DNA of 64,000 nt from IMG/VR virus record IMGVR_UViG_3300042197_000370, one strand, 5' to 3'. Positions 26,273 through 36,624 of this stretch are shown one piece after another. The position numbers and the translations under genes are program-made. The notes beneath the pieces were generated by a model, which worked only from the letters and a program-made list of their open reading frames with translations, did no database searches and was not told where the DNA came from. The DNA is from a virus. Positions within the stretch are counted from its first letter, which is position 1, and every line of letters starts with the position of its first letter.

Positions 26273-26659
26273 TTAGTAAGTCAACTTTACGTAATTAACT
26301 ACACCACCCTGAAAATCTTCTACCTTGGCTCTTAAATAAACAAAGTTACCTTCTACGTTAGTATACATTCTAGCGTTACTAGCAATCTGAGGTGCGCTGT
26401 TTGGACTAGCATTGGCATTAGCCACTAGTTCGTAAACATCGAACCAGTCATTTGACGTAGGATCAGTTGCTAAACTTGCCTCTATAACAATATTTCCAGT
26501 GCAATTAGTTAAACTGATATTAACTGTTTGTAGGTCTTGATTACCTAAATAATAAGCGGCAGCAGGTTGACTGTTACCAGTCACCGTGTAAGGTGCACCG
26601 TTACCTGGATTAAGGTAAGAAGTTTGTGATAATAATATCAGAGTTGTAGTTTGAGACAT
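26273..26659 (-). CDS. Hypothetical beta-rich protein, possibly structural
   Basis: Coupled ORF with jelly-roll-like beta pattern. Confidence 0.6.
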   Translation of the reverse strand: MSQTTTLILLSQTSYLNPGNGAPYTVTGNSQPAAAYYLGNQDLQTVNISLTNCTGNIVIEASLATDPTSNDWFDVYELVANANASPNSAPQIASNARMYTNVEGNFVYLRAKVEDFQGGVVNYVKLTY

Positions 26660-26829
26660 TATTCTGCCCCCACAACCTCTACGATAACACCATCGCCTAC
26701 TAGTTCTTGGGCTACTTGCTCTAGTGCTTGCTGAATTTCACGGCTAGCAATGACTTCTTTAGAACCGTCGCTATCCTTGACAATTTTACTGAATTTTACT
26801 ACTAGAACATCTTCAACTATTTTCGCCAT
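26659..26829 (-). CDS. 56-aa hypothetical protein (absent from ORF track)
   Basis: MAKIVEDVLVVKFSKIVKDSDGSKEVIASREIQQALEQVAQELVGDGVIVEVVGAE; fills the gap exactly with a TAATG overlap. Confidence 0.7.
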   Translation of the reverse strand: MAKIVEDVLVVKFSKIVKDSDGSKEVIASREIQQALEQVAQELVGDGVIVEVVGAE

Positions 26830-27535
26830 CTAAATACTCCATTTTCTCAGAGTATTTATGCTTATTCTGCTCAGATTCTAATTTGTAGATTTTGGACGAA
26901 AGTATCCCGGGAAACACTAATCTTAGCAAAGTCAGCATACTTTCTTCGTTGTAGTCTATATAATAACTATTATGCATCCAACGGCTTGAGTTGATTCTAC
27001 CATTGGAAACCGCGTGAACTAATGCACTGGAAATCTTAACACTATCTCTAGTTTTGTAATTTTCAACAAAAGAGCATATTTGGTCTACTTTATCACTATC
27101 TAGTCTGATGCCCTTTAAGTAAATCCTATAGTCATGTTTAGGCTTATTCTTAAAGAATTTGACTCCCGGAGCAATAACGTTGGCCTCAGTATATTGGATA
27201 TCACTACCAATCTCTTCCAGTGTTTTTAGAAGTTCTAAGTCATTAGAAAACACAGCAAACGTATCATACTCAATTCGTATGATTGAGTCCTTCTTATATG
27301 TATTACGCCATTTAATAAAGAATTCAATAGCGTTTAAATCTAAATCATCATTGCTATACTGTTTTCCATAATGCCATGGATCCTGCCTACGCTTCTCTAT
27401 TTTCTTTTGGAAGTCTTTAACTGTAGTACAATAATAAGTAAATCTTACACCCAACAGTTGGCATGTTGCGCGGTACTTGTACTTGTTAAAGAATAGTTTA
27501 TCACGGTCTTCCAGGTTCAACTTGAATGATTCCAT
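26813..27535 (-). CDS. Hypothetical protein
   Basis: 240-aa ORF in the operon. Confidence 0.65.
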   Translation of the reverse strand: MESFKLNLEDRDKLFFNKYKYRATCQLLGVRFTYYCTTVKDFQKKIEKRRQDPWHYGKQYSNDDLDLNAIEFFIKWRNTYKKDSIIRIEYDTFAVFSNDLELLKTLEEIGSDIQYTEANVIAPGVKFFKNKPKHDYRIYLKGIRLDSDKVDQICSFVENYKTRDSVKISSALVHAVSNGRINSSRWMHNSYYIDYNEESMLTLLRLVFPGILSSKIYKLESEQNKHKYSEKMEYLDGENS

Positions 27536-29780
27536 CTTCTCCCACCATTGCGGTTACTTTTTGTGAAACACTAAAATCAATTTCTTGATTTTCATTTAAC
27601 ACGGCCATTACGTTAGCACTGTTGATACGCTCAAACAAAATCTTTTTAGATAGTGGGACACGAATCATTTCATCAATCTTACGTGCTAATGGTCTAGCAC
27701 CCATCTTCTTATCATAACCCTTATCAGCCAAATACTCAACAACAGGTTCGCTAAGGTTGAGAGTAATGTTATGCTTTTCTAATAGACTCTTCTTAAGTTC
27801 ATCAGTAAACTTAATTACAATCTTTTTAATGGATAGCATATCAAGTTTATTAAACTTACATACAAGGTCAAGACGATTACGAAACTCAGGCTTAAAGAAG
27901 TCCTTCAATGCTTTCTCATCTTCTCCTGACTTTTCCATGTCACCGAAGCCAATGTTATTACGTTCACTATCAGCACTACCCAAATTACTGGTCATGATAA
28001 TGATAGTATTTTTACAACTGACCTTCTTACCATTACTACCTGTGATTGTACCCTCATCAAGCATTTGTAAAAAGATATTGAAGATATCGGGGTGAGCCTT
28101 TTCAACTTCATCAAACAACATGATAGCATGTGGATTCTTACTCAAGTCACTAATCAAACGACCACCTTGTACTTGGCTATCACCAAAGCCAACATAACCA
28201 GGAGGAGGACCAATCAATGAACTAACACTATGCTTTTCACTGTACTCGCTCATGTCATATTTGAGCAATGGCATGTCGAGATTTTTACTCAATAATTTAG
28301 CAAGTTCTGTTTTACCAGTACCAGTAGGACCCAAAAATAAGAAACTTGCTGTTGGTTTAGTTTCATTACCAATACCGGCAAATGAAACGTAAACACGTTC
28401 AAGAACCTTTTCAACAGTTTCATCTTGTCCGTACAACTTACTCTTAACATTGATATCAAGGTTTTGTATCCTATCAAAATTATCACTATTCAATTTGTCA
28501 GCGGGTACGCCAGTAAACTTCTCAACTTGGTCATGCACTAGTTGCTTAGTAATGATTGCATCTTCATTACCCAATACTTTTTGTTTAGCACAGGCTGCAT
28601 CAAGCAAGTCAATGCTCTTGTCAGGATTCTTACGGTCATTGATATAACGACCTGCATTTTCTACAGCCGCTTTAATTGCTTCATCAGTAATATTAACTTT
28701 ATGGAAGTCATTAAGTCTTGCAGCCAATCCACTGAGAATGCGAATCGTAGTTTCTTCAGTAGGCTCATCAATGCTTACACGATAGAATCTGCGCATCAAT
28801 GCACGATCCTTTTCGAAACTCTCGTAGAATTCTTCCCATGTTGTACTTGCAATAACTTTCAATGTTCCCTTAGTGATTGCAGGCTTGATCATGTTAGCAA
28901 AGTCAACACTACCATTGCTGCCACTTCCTGCGTTCTGCATAGTATGTGCTTCGTCAATGAATAGAATGGCTTTCTTTTTAGTATTCAATGCATCAATAAC
29001 GTGTTTGACCTTTTCTTCAAAGTCACCACGGTAGCGACTGCCTGCAAGCAAACTACCAATCTCAAGGCTGTATAGTTCGTGATCTTCAAGGAACTCAGGA
29101 ACTTCATTGTTTACAATTGCTAGTGCGATGCCCTCTGCGATGGCAGTTTTACCAACGCCCGGGTCACCCACCATCAATACGTTACTCTTAAATCGCTTAG
29201 CCAATACGTTAATGATATCATCAATCTCTTTATGGCGACCAATGACAGGTTCTAACTTACCTTGTCGTGCAAGTTGAGTCAGATTAATTGTGTGTTCTTC
29301 AAGGATTTCATCTGCTTGATTATCGGTAAGTTTATTGCCGTAATCACTTCCCTTATAAGTTTTCTGCCAGTGTGCAACAAAGTCTTGCTTGTTTACACCG
29401 TACTTCAACAAGAAATAATGGGCATGACTATTACCCTCTGCTGCCATGCTCAAATACAAATCAATTGTAAGTACTTGTCTACGACCAGTAAACAATACTT
29501 GTGTTACACTACGATTCATAACACGCTCAAGGCTGTTAGTCTTACGTGGCATAACATCAGGGTCTTTACTTTCAATAGCATGCAATCCGTTAAGATATGC
29601 TTCTATCTCCGAAACCATCAAATCAGTATCAACATTAAGAGTGTTCAAACATTTCTTAAAGGGAGGGTGAGTAACCAATGCTAACAGTAAATGTTCAATA
29701 GTAACATATTGATGTTTACGTTCTTTAGCACTGGCTATTGCCTGCTCAATAATGTTTTCAATTTCAGGTGAGTTATTCAA
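27501..29780 (-). CDS. clpA: ATP-dependent Clp protease ATPase subunit ClpA
   Basis: Clp N-domain (HQYVTIEHLLLAL), two AAA+ modules (GDPGVGKT, GPTGTGKT), IGF ClpP-docking loop, no ClpB M-domain; TTG start with AAGGA RBS. Confidence 0.93.
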   Translation of the reverse strand: MNNSPEIENIIEQAIASAKERKHQYVTIEHLLLALVTHPPFKKCLNTLNVDTDLMVSEIEAYLNGLHAIESKDPDVMPRKTNSLERVMNRSVTQVLFTGRRQVLTIDLYLSMAAEGNSHAHYFLLKYGVNKQDFVAHWQKTYKGSDYGNKLTDNQADEILEEHTINLTQLARQGKLEPVIGRHKEIDDIINVLAKRFKSNVLMVGDPGVGKTAIAEGIALAIVNNEVPEFLEDHELYSLEIGSLLAGSRYRGDFEEKVKHVIDALNTKKKAILFIDEAHTMQNAGSGSNGSVDFANMIKPAITKGTLKVIASTTWEEFYESFEKDRALMRRFYRVSIDEPTEETTIRILSGLAARLNDFHKVNITDEAIKAAVENAGRYINDRKNPDKSIDLLDAACAKQKVLGNEDAIITKQLVHDQVEKFTGVPADKLNSDNFDRIQNLDINVKSKLYGQDETVEKVLERVYVSFAGIGNETKPTASFLFLGPTGTGKTELAKLLSKNLDMPLLKYDMSEYSEKHSVSSLIGPPPGYVGFGDSQVQGGRLISDLSKNPHAIMLFDEVEKAHPDIFNIFLQMLDEGTITGSNGKKVSCKNTIIIMTSNLGSADSERNNIGFGDMEKSGEDEKALKDFFKPEFRNRLDLVCKFNKLDMLSIKKIVIKFTDELKKSLLEKHNITLNLSEPVVEYLADKGYDKKMGARPLARKIDEMIRVPLSKKILFERINSANVMAVLNENQEIDFSVSQKVTAMVGEDGIIQVEPGRP

Positions 29781-29801
29781 TGTTTATTTCCTTTTACGTA
29801 T

Positions 29802-30599
29802 TTATTTTGCTTTGAACTTATTGATACTCTCTATGATATCATTTGATATATTATCAGGAATAAATGGTTTAATCAAGAGTATTTGGTCTCCGAACCCTCC
29901 TTTGCCATCAGGCATACCTTCTTTTGGGATACGTAGTTGCATATAAGGCTGTGTGTTTGGCTTTACAGTAACATCCAATGTCTTTCCACTTAAAGTAGTA
30001 AATTGTACTTTAGTACCAACAATTAAGTCTAGCACAGATATTGGTTGATTACTGTATAAGTCTTGCCCACGCCTATCAAATTTTAAATGAGGCATCACTA
30101 CGAATTCAACAATTAGGCTACCCGAATTCAACACGTTTTCATATCTAAGTTGGGCTCCGGTGGCTACACCTTTTGGAACATCAATACTAATGACTTTCAA
30201 GCCCTCATGAGTATGCATTTTAAGAGTATGATTAGCACCAGTGTATGCATCTTCTAATGATACAGTTACTTTAGTTCTATATACTTGTCTACCTTGATTC
30301 TGAAAGGGGTTTGGTCTGCCACCAAACATGTGTGCAAATATATCATTGATATTTTCTCCGTCGATGTTAAAACTAAATCCGCCGGGAAACCCTTGACCTT
30401 GACCAAAAGGATTGGGATTGTCGTACTGTTGTTTCTTTTGTGGGTCGCTTAATACATCGTAGGCGGTTTGAATATCCTGAAACTTGTGGGTATCCCCACC
30501 TTTATCAGGATGATGTTGACTTGCTAGTTTACGATAGGCTTTTTTAATTTCATCGGGCGTAGCATTTCTACTAACGCCCAATGTTTGATAATGATCCAT
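29802..30599 (-). CDS. dnaJ: DnaJ/CbpA-class co-chaperone (no Zn finger)
   Basis: J-domain with HPD motif, G/F-rich linker, DnaJ C-terminal domain. Confidence 0.9.
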   Translation of the reverse strand: MDHYQTLGVSRNATPDEIKKAYRKLASQHHPDKGGDTHKFQDIQTAYDVLSDPQKKQQYDNPNPFGQGQGFPGGFSFNIDGENINDIFAHMFGGRPNPFQNQGRQVYRTKVTVSLEDAYTGANHTLKMHTHEGLKVISIDVPKGVATGAQLRYENVLNSGSLIVEFVVMPHLKFDRRGQDLYSNQPISVLDLIVGTKVQFTTLSGKTLDVTVKPNTQPYMQLRIPKEGMPDGKGGFGDQILLIKPFIPDNISNDIIESINKFKAK

Positions 30600-30604
30600 T
30601 CAAT

Positions 30605-30634
30605 ATTATAGCATACTTACTTGAGTGAGTTCAA
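30605..30634 (-). promoter_or_regulatory. Sigma70-like promoter, probably leaderless, for dnaJ-clpA
   Basis: TTGAAC-18 nt-TATAAT-5 nt-ATG. Confidence 0.5.
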
Positions 30635-31132
30635 GCCAGGCAGTGACATTCCGGGTGAACCTGCTTGCGCACCATTACCGGGTGCATCTGCTAACTTCTC
30701 TTTTGTTCTACCGTATACTGCGATACCTAGAATTGCGCCCATTGAGATATGGAATAATCCAGCACCCATAAGTGTAACTGGTTGCCATTGTGCTGTTACC
30801 TGACCCTTACTAATTGCTTGAAGCAATGACCAAAGCACTGGGAAAATAATGAAGTCACAAATGCAAACTGCCATATACATCCAGCCCATGCTAGGACGCC
30901 ACTTCTTATTGATCCAATCTTCGTTTGTATTCTTAACTAACACCTCAGCGTTCTGTGCGGCATTGTTACCTGCCTGTGTGAGGTTTAACATCTGGTTGGC
31001 TTGTTCGTTTCTCTGTTGCATTTGTCCGTAAAACTCCTTGTCATCAACCATTGACGTATAATGTTCATCGTTGCGACCAATGACCACCATTTCCTCTTCT
31101 TCGTAACGCTTAGTTAAAACTGTACGCTCCAT
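30617..31132 (-). CDS. Probable holin (3TM GTA-type-like)
   Basis: KWRPSMGWMY...TM...LGIAVYGRTKEK pattern. Confidence 0.55.
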   Translation of the reverse strand: MERTVLTKRYEEEEMVVIGRNDEHYTSMVDDKEFYGQMQQRNEQANQMLNLTQAGNNAAQNAEVLVKNTNEDWINKKWRPSMGWMYMAVCICDFIIFPVLWSLLQAISKGQVTAQWQPVTLMGAGLFHISMGAILGIAVYGRTKEKLADAPGNGAQAGSPGMSLPGLNSLK

Positions 31133-31133
31133 T

Positions 31134-31676
31134 TTACATCCCCGCCATGGTTTTTATTTTTGTTATATAGTCGTTGTCAGAATGTATTTTTTTCGTACTA
31201 AGATTTGCAATAGTACGCATCTCGTTCAACTCTTCTTCTTGTTCTTTTTCTATCTTGTACTCGTTTGGATTTAATATGATTACTTGTTTTAATATATCAA
31301 TGTCAGCATCATATGTTTCATCATCAACTTCGATAGTCCAATCTTTTAATTTTAATCCAGTCAATGTTTGCAAATCTTCTAATAATTCAATGATTCTTTC
31401 TGGTACTGCAAGTCTACGATTCATTTCTACAAACACTAAGTATTTGTTTGGTTCAATCTCACCGTCACTTACACTTGCATCTAATACAAAATCATAACCT
31501 CGTTCGAACCAACTTACTAAATCTTCACCGGCCATTTTAGAATTAACAACAAAGGTAACAGTTACGATATCTTTGTCTTTACCCATTTTAGCGGAGTACT
31601 CATCTACAGTGACCTTAGGTTCAACTTGTCCCTGCATATCTTCATAGTCTAAGCCTTCTGTAAGTATTCTGTTCAT
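31134..31676 (-). CDS. Hypothetical protein
   Basis: Leader MNRILTE; acidic composition. Confidence 0.7.
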   Translation of the reverse strand: MNRILTEGLDYEDMQGQVEPKVTVDEYSAKMGKDKDIVTVTFVVNSKMAGEDLVSWFERGYDFVLDASVSDGEIEPNKYLVFVEMNRRLAVPERIIELLEDLQTLTGLKLKDWTIEVDDETYDADIDILKQVIILNPNEYKIEKEQEEELNEMRTIANLSTKKIHSDNDYITKIKTMAGM

Positions 31677-31684
31677 AATGTTCC

Positions 31685-32278
31685 TTAGGCTACTGGAGGG
31701 GCAGCGGCTGCTCCTGCATTCATTTCTTGGTCGGGTGCTGCCTCTTGGTCTTGTTCCTGAGTACCTTCTTTATCAAGGTCCTCATCATATGCATCCTCAA
31801 TTTCCTTAAGGTCAATAGTAGCGTCAGCCAAATCGATAGAACCTTCTTTAATGTCATCCATTAGTTCTAATGGAATCTCAATTTCTACGAACCAAACTTT
31901 CTTTTCTACGGCTTTAGGATAACGTGTACCGGGAACAAAATCTTCATAATCTTGTATTTGGATAGGAACTTTAACTTTAGACTTAGCAAATTTAAGTTTG
32001 CACCCAATCTTCATTAGTCTTTTAGCACCTCTTGGATCGGGCATTAGTTTATAAGGCCACATGAATACGCAAGTTACGCTATAGCGCCCAACGTCTGGAC
32101 CCTGTACTAGTTCCCCTACTAACCAATTCTTAAAAGCATATAAGTCTGCTTCGTCTAATACACGCTCGAAATCTAGTATAGTAGACATTGACCCATCGCT
32201 GGTCATGATACCCTTTATGGTATCGGTGATACTGACGAAATCAATATCATTAAAGAAATTATCTGCGACTTTTTTCAT
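31685..32278 (-). CDS. Hypothetical protein
   Basis: Preceded by ATAAATA-5 nt-ATG (32284-32290). Confidence 0.7.
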   Translation of the reverse strand: MKKVADNFFNDIDFVSITDTIKGIMTSDGSMSTILDFERVLDEADLYAFKNWLVGELVQGPDVGRYSVTCVFMWPYKLMPDPRGAKRLMKIGCKLKFAKSKVKVPIQIQDYEDFVPGTRYPKAVEKKVWFVEIEIPLELMDDIKEGSIDLADATIDLKEIEDAYDEDLDKEGTQEQDQEAAPDQEMNAGAAAAPPVA

Positions 32279-32283
32279 AGTAG

Positions 32284-32290
32284 TATTTAT
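32284..32290 (-). promoter_or_regulatory. Late promoter motif, ATAAATA-5 nt-ATG
   Basis: 5 nt before ATG 32278. Confidence 0.55.
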
Positions 32291-32393
32291 CTTTTTAGGG
32301 GCCTACGCTAGAAAGTTAAAAATCCGAGCTTAGTCTAATATTTATCTGATATTATTATTCTTAATGTATCTACATGCAACGTTATAACACCCC

Positions 32394-32425
32394 GTAAATA
32401 CGTATGAGGATATGTCATCCTCATA
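32394..32425 (+). promoter_or_regulatory. Late promoter variant GTAAATA plus 5' hairpin for phoH
   Basis: GTAAATA at 32394-32400; TATGAGGAT-ATGTC-ATCCTCATA at 32403-32425. Confidence 0.45.
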
Positions 32426-32449
32426 TCAAGTAAAATAGGAGAGATTGAC

Positions 32450-33232
32450 TTGAGTAAAAGAAAGACTGGCGCACTCAGAAACAAGGATACCAGACATACA
32501 CACTATAAGCAATTCGATGAAAGTCAAACATTCTACATGAAAGAATCTAAAACAATAGATTTCAACCAAGCACAAAAACAGGCCAAAACAAGACGGCCCA
32601 TAGAACTGATTCCGCAATCAGTTAACCAAGAAAAATACATTCTCGCTCTCAATGACACAGAAAAAGATATTGTAATAGTATCAGGACCTGCGGGCACGGG
32701 AAAGACTTATCTTGCTATGTTGGCTGCTATTAGGGCTATGCGTGAAAAACGCTGTGACCGTATTATCTTGACCAGACCTGCTGTAGCAGTTGATGATGAA
32801 AAGCACGGATTCTTACCAGGTGGATTGAATGAAAAAATGGAACCGTGGGTTAGACCACTTATAGACATACTAAAGGAGTATTATAGTACAAAAGAAATTG
32901 AATATATGCTCAATGAGCAAGTTATTGAAATAACTCCATTAGCGTTCTGTAGAGGACGCAACTTTAAACATAGTTGGATTATTTTAGATGAGGCGCAAAA
33001 CGCAACACCTACTCAACTAAAAATGTTGATGACTAGAATAGGCGTAGGCAGTAAAATTATTATTACAGGGGACGTAGAACAAACTGACAGAAGGACCCCA
33101 GAAAATGGCCTACTTGACCTAACTTCTAAGTTATCTAAAAATAAAGTACCGGGTATGATTGGTTGCGAGTTTGATATTACTGATATAAGGAGACATAAGA
33201 TTATAGAACACGTACTAAAACTATACTCATAA
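32450..33232 (+). CDS. phoH: PhoH-family ATPase
   Basis: GPAGTGKT, TRPAV, GFLPG, RGRNF, DEAQN, TRIG, GDVEQTD; TTG start with AGGAG RBS. Confidence 0.95.
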   Translation: MSKRKTGALRNKDTRHTHYKQFDESQTFYMKESKTIDFNQAQKQAKTRRPIELIPQSVNQEKYILALNDTEKDIVIVSGPAGTGKTYLAMLAAIRAMREKRCDRIILTRPAVAVDDEKHGFLPGGLNEKMEPWVRPLIDILKEYYSTKEIEYMLNEQVIEITPLAFCRGRNFKHSWIILDEAQNATPTQLKMLMTRIGVGSKIIITGDVEQTDRRTPENGLLDLTSKLSKNKVPGMIGCEFDITDIRRHKIIEHVLKLYS

Positions 33233-33233
33233 A

Positions 33234-33255
33234 AAACGGGGCTTCGGCCCCGTTT
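33234..33255. terminator. Bidirectional intrinsic terminator
   Basis: AAACGGGGC-TTCG-GCCCCGTTT between convergent genes. Confidence 0.85.
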
Positions 33256-33529
33256 ACTTTGTCTCTCTCGCCTTAGCCTGAATAGGGCCTTCCTTTTCAA
33301 GTTGTTCTATTAGTTTAGGGTAAATCTTTTTATAATACTGATTCATTTTATCAAAGTCAGTATCATGCACTTTACCTTCAACTACGCACTTGACAATTTG
33401 TTTTGTTCCATAATCAACAATGATATTACAGGAAGCACTATCAGAATTTCTGACACGTTTGGCTGCTTTAACTTCTTCATTAATTTGCCCGCCGGGCTGT
33501 CTCAAAAAGGTAATCATTAAGTAACGCAT
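33254..33529 (-). CDS. Hypothetical protein
   Basis: Preceded by TATAAATA (33537-33544). Confidence 0.7.
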   Translation of the reverse strand: MRYLMITFLRQPGGQINEEVKAAKRVRNSDSASCNIIVDYGTKQIVKCVVEGKVHDTDFDKMNQYYKKIYPKLIEQLEKEGPIQAKARETK

Positions 33530-33547
33530 AGTTGCTTATTTATATGA

Positions 33548-34471
33548 TTAAGAGGTCAATTCAACTAAAGTTGCAGCCAAACAGATTTCGGGTATACCAA
33601 CCAATGGCAAGTTTGCAAGACCATTGCGAATATGAATAATGGCTGCGTCACGTGTTTGATTAGTCTTACCCCAAAGGTCTAGATTATCATACATCCATTT
33701 ATAGCAATCTTCAATGCGTGTAGGATATAGCGCAATAAATTGCATAAGTTGCTGACGACCTTCTAAGATTTTACCTTGCTTGAATAACTCAGTAGCAGAC
33801 AATAACAATTCATCCTCACTCAATCCTTCAGCATGGGGAGGTACAAGTTTACCTGTATTACTGTTTACTTGAAGTTGATTCAAACATTTTCGTAGATCAG
33901 GATACGTAGCACGTACATATGTGTCTAATACATCTAATTCAAACTCTATATTCTCAGTAACAAGAACAGTTGCCGCACGTGCAGTAAACTCTGTCAAATC
34001 AGTTTTAGCAATATGAAACTGATGGCATCGACTTTTCAATGCTGGAATAATCTTATGCTGATAATTACAGGTTAATATGTAACGAACAGTCATGTGATAT
34101 GCTTCCATATCATTACGTAATGCGGCCTGTGCAGGTTGTGTTAGATAATCTGCTTCATCCAACAATACGACTTTGAATTTACCAAAGGGCATTGTCTGAA
34201 CAAATCCATTAATCTTATCACGCAAGTTATCAATACCATTTTCACGTGATGCGTTAATTTCTAGTACATCAAAATCTTCAACACCTAATTCGTGAATCAA
34301 TACTTTAGCAAGTGTTGTTTTACCTGTACCCGGTTCACCACTGAGTAATAGATGTGGAATACTCCCATCTTTAACCCAACTGCCCACTTGCTCACGCTGT
34401 CTATCATCAACAAATACATACTCATCTACTGTACTAGGACGATATTTTTCTACCCAAAGTTTGTTAATCAT
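33548..34471 (-). CDS. Clamp loader AAA+ subunit (T4 gp44 / RFC-small-like)
   Basis: WVEKYRP, GEPGTGKTT, INAS, LDEADYL, SRC. Confidence 0.93.
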   Translation of the reverse strand: MINKLWVEKYRPSTVDEYVFVDDRQREQVGSWVKDGSIPHLLLSGEPGTGKTTLAKVLIHELGVEDFDVLEINASRENGIDNLRDKINGFVQTMPFGKFKVVLLDEADYLTQPAQAALRNDMEAYHMTVRYILTCNYQHKIIPALKSRCHQFHIAKTDLTEFTARAATVLVTENIEFELDVLDTYVRATYPDLRKCLNQLQVNSNTGKLVPPHAEGLSEDELLLSATELFKQGKILEGRQQLMQFIALYPTRIEDCYKWMYDNLDLWGKTNQTRDAAIIHIRNGLANLPLVGIPEICLAATLVELTS

Positions 34472-35157
34472 TCTTTCTTTCCACCAAAAAGTTGTAGTAA
34501 CGACAAGAATATATTAATGAAATCTAGGTATAATGTCAATGCCCCTCGGATCTCTGCTATCCCAGAATTATCATACGTAACTTCTTCCCGAATTTTCTGC
34601 GTGTCATAGGCTGTGAGTCCAAGGAAGATGATGATTGCAAGGACACTGATGACCATAGCCATAAGACTACTACCAATAAAAATATTAATAATACTGGCAA
34701 TGATAATAGCAATAAGGCCAACAAACATAAACTTGCCAACACTATCCAAATCTTTCTTCGTAAAGTATCCATAAAAACTCATAACTCCAAATAATACAGC
34801 AGCACTCATAAACGCTGTAAAAATGCTACCCATTTGGTACACTACAAATATAGTAGCAAAACTTAAACCCATTAATGCGGCAAAGCCATGCAAACATGCT
34901 AATGCCATACCTTTTGTTGGGCTAGCGTTCAATAAAATTGAAACACCGATAATTGCTACTAAAGGCATAAAGATAGTTACCCACTTCATAAATCCTGTAA
35001 AAAAGAATTGCATGAGTTCGGGACTACTACCAACCATATAACTGACTACCATACTTACTAGTACCGCCAAACTCATGTTCTTATAAACACCTGCCATAGC
35101 GGTGTTTATTTCACTTGCACTTTTATATGTTGTACCAATACTTTCTGTATAAAACAT
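34468..35157 (-). CDS. yccA: Bax inhibitor-1 / YccA family membrane protein
   Basis: Seven TM segments; GLTAYDTQKI and ALTLYLDFINIFLSLLQLFG signatures. Confidence 0.88.
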   Translation of the reverse strand: MFYTESIGTTYKSASEINTAMAGVYKNMSLAVLVSMVVSYMVGSSPELMQFFFTGFMKWVTIFMPLVAIIGVSILLNASPTKGMALACLHGFAALMGLSFATIFVVYQMGSIFTAFMSAAVLFGVMSFYGYFTKKDLDSVGKFMFVGLIAIIIASIINIFIGSSLMAMVISVLAIIIFLGLTAYDTQKIREEVTYDNSGIAEIRGALTLYLDFINIFLSLLQLFGGKKE

Positions 35158-35159
35158 AA

Positions 35160-35462
35160 TTAACTCCTTAAATGTTCTAAAGTAATGATCTTACCAATCT
35201 CGTCACCTATGTCTTTATCATCAGTGATAATATGTAAGCCATTATTGTGTCGATCCTTATGCTTATCATAGGTTCTAGTTTCTATGATATGTCCACCGTT
35301 AGCACGATAGACAGTAAAACTCATTCCTGGACTATCAATACTATGACTAGCACGGACAAGTTGAGCCTTGTTTAGTCCAACCGTCGAATCTGCTTCAACC
35401 TCATGTCTATCATTCCATGCTTGCACGCACTTCTTTTTGAACCACTTATCAAACCATTTCAT
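35160..35462 (-). CDS. Hypothetical protein
   Basis: Coupled ORF with RBS. Confidence 0.65.
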   Translation of the reverse strand: MKWFDKWFKKKCVQAWNDRHEVEADSTVGLNKAQLVRASHSIDSPGMSFTVYRANGGHIIETRTYDKHKDRHNNGLHIITDDKDIGDEIGKIITLEHLRS

Positions 35463-35893
35463 TCTTTGTCTTCCATTTCTTCAGTTTTATAAATTTCTCC
35501 AGTTGGGTTGCCATCGTCATCTAAACGTTCAATGATCATATCACAATCAATAATCATTTCACAATCACTAAAAATCCAATCATGATCTTCTAAATCGTAA
35601 TATGAATTTTCTTCAAAAAATTCTTCTAACCATTTTTGGGTTTCTTCGGTACACTCATCGGTATAACGTTCTTCCCAACAACCGTCAGTTGTTTCGATCA
35701 TTTCTGATTCGTATTCACAGTTATACATGTCAACTCCAGGCTTGAGGTTGGGAGGATTATCATCGTCAGTTTCAACGTGAAACTCCCCCCAACGCCAACC
35801 TGTTTCAACGATAAGAATATTATCATCCTTAATAATTTCTTGACGCTCAATAATTGATTTTTTCCATGCGGGTTTTACAGACCAAGTTGCCAT
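35459..35893 (-). CDS. Acidic hypothetical protein
   Basis: D/E/W-rich coupled ORF. Confidence 0.65.
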   Translation of the reverse strand: MATWSVKPAWKKSIIERQEIIKDDNILIVETGWRWGEFHVETDDDNPPNLKPGVDMYNCEYESEMIETTDGCWEERYTDECTEETQKWLEEFFEENSYYDLEDHDWIFSDCEMIIDCDMIIERLDDDGNPTGEIYKTEEMEDKE

Positions 35894-35894
35894 T

Positions 35895-36260
35895 TTATAC
35901 CTTATCGCTCAAAGTTTCATCATAAACGGGTTCATCACTTACCATTAGTATATCATTTGTGTCTACTTTACGGATAATTTTCTCACCGGAGTCGTCAACA
36001 ATTTTAATGCCTCTAGTCCAGCGACCGTGTGAAATTAATATATATTGTCCTACTTGTATTTCTTGTTGCTTTGGGCCCACTGCATAAACTCTACCCCATC
36101 GCGGTCTAATGCCTGCCGATTTCATATCGTCATTTAACAACACAATACCACCGTGTGTGATTCTTTCATCAAATTGCATGTCAGAAACAATGACAGTATC
36201 ATTTAACGCGGTTAAACGTTTAATCTTGTGCCCTGCAAATGCTTTTGTTTTCTCTTCCAT
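35895..36260 (-). CDS. groES: GroES-like co-chaperonin
   Basis: LNDTVIV, THGGIVL mobile loop, GRVYAVGP, VGQYIL, DILMV. Confidence 0.8.
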   Translation of the reverse strand: MEEKTKAFAGHKIKRLTALNDTVIVSDMQFDERITHGGIVLLNDDMKSAGIRPRWGRVYAVGPKQQEIQVGQYILISHGRWTRGIKIVDDSGEKIIRKVDTNDILMVSDEPVYDETLSDKV

Positions 36261-36614
36261 TTATTTCTTTATTTCCTTTGCCTTAATCTGTTCAATTTCT
36301 AAATCATCATCGAAACTTTCTTCTAGTTCACGTTCTTGTTGTGTAAGTTCTTCATTAACTACGGGTCTGGTTACTCTGGGTTGAGTTGGAGGTTGTGCTA
36401 CTTTTGTTTTAGGTTGTGCGGTCTTATTCTTAACTGTGTTTGCGTATGCTTCGCCCACTTTCTGAGTTACAGGAGTAATTACACGCCCGTGACTATCAAT
36501 AGTATCACCACGTGCGTTTACCTTCATATTTCCTACTGCTCTTACCTTTTCGTTCTTAGCGGCTAGTACAGTCATATCTACTGTTCTGCCTAATGCTGTT
36601 CTATATTTTGCCAT
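36261..36614 (-). CDS. Hypothetical protein
   Basis: ORF with AAGGAG RBS. Confidence 0.65.
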   Translation of the reverse strand: MAKYRTALGRTVDMTVLAAKNEKVRAVGNMKVNARGDTIDSHGRVITPVTQKVGEAYANTVKNKTAQPKTKVAQPPTQPRVTRPVVNEELTQQERELEESFDDDLEIEQIKAKEIKK

Positions 36615-36624
36615 GTTTTTCTCC

